DNA of 63,171 bases, filler included, from Octopus bimaculoides (Eukaryota): the NCBI RefSeq assembly GCF_001194135.2. It is 5 parts of 5 records of this genome, joined end to end, with 100 filler letters (N's around TTAATTAATTAA, not from the genome) between each part and the next. Parts side by side here need not be neighbours in the genome. Positions count along the whole stretch, not along the records: positions 61,521 to 63,171 come from NC_069002.1; 4 more parts are not named here. One strand, 5' to 3'. The notes beneath the pieces were generated by a model that saw nothing but the letters and a program-made list of their open reading frames with translations, searched no databases and had not been told where the DNA came from. Position 1 is the first letter of the stretch. Each line of letters opens with the position of its first letter. Both the position numbers and the translations under genes were made by a program. Shown here piece by piece: positions 62,931 through 63,171 of this stretch.

Positions 62931-63171
62931 AACTAATACATATATGCAGTGTTTGAAAGTGCTTGTCCATTAACGCGTGCTTTTTAGGGATAAAAATGCA
63001 TCTATTAGAATTATATTGCTGTTTAATTGAGTGTAGTAAAACATTTTTAACACAAGCATAATGACATTTATAATACATATACGCATAAATACATATATCT
63101 ATGGATGTATACACACATAAACATGTATGTTTATATTCATTGGCATATATATATATATATATATATATATA

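Overview
AT-rich, microsatellite-dense animal genomic DNA with many N gaps. The repeat families look like an octopus/cephalopod draft assembly (inferred from repeat content, not verified). The window is eukaryotic, so almost all ORFs in the supplied track are microsatellite or N-gap artefacts. Supported content: (1) two + strand ferritin-family coding exons (395-471, 2501-2647) with conserved ferroxidase ligands and vertebrate-like intron positions, plus an extra phase-1 intron that hints at a secreted subtype; (2) a CpG-depleted domain (~21-42.7 kb) holding several phase-compatible exon candidates of an unidentified + strand gene; (3) many transposable-element relics: a Helitron RepHel fossil with a nested non-autonomous Helitron and SINEs, several mariner/Tc1 copies, foldback elements/MITEs, Penelope-like, RTE and CR1-like fragments, and at least 4 SINE families; (4) a cluster of five R4/Dong-clade RLE retrotransposon pieces next to (TAA)n tracts at 54.3-59.1 kb; (5) minimal Penelope-type hammerhead ribozyme motifs, two of them in the tail of what looks like a tRNA-headed SINE; (6) an artificial TTAATTAATTAA six-frame-stop linker centred in four 100-bp scaffold gaps. 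No rRNA, intact tRNA or CRISPR array was found.
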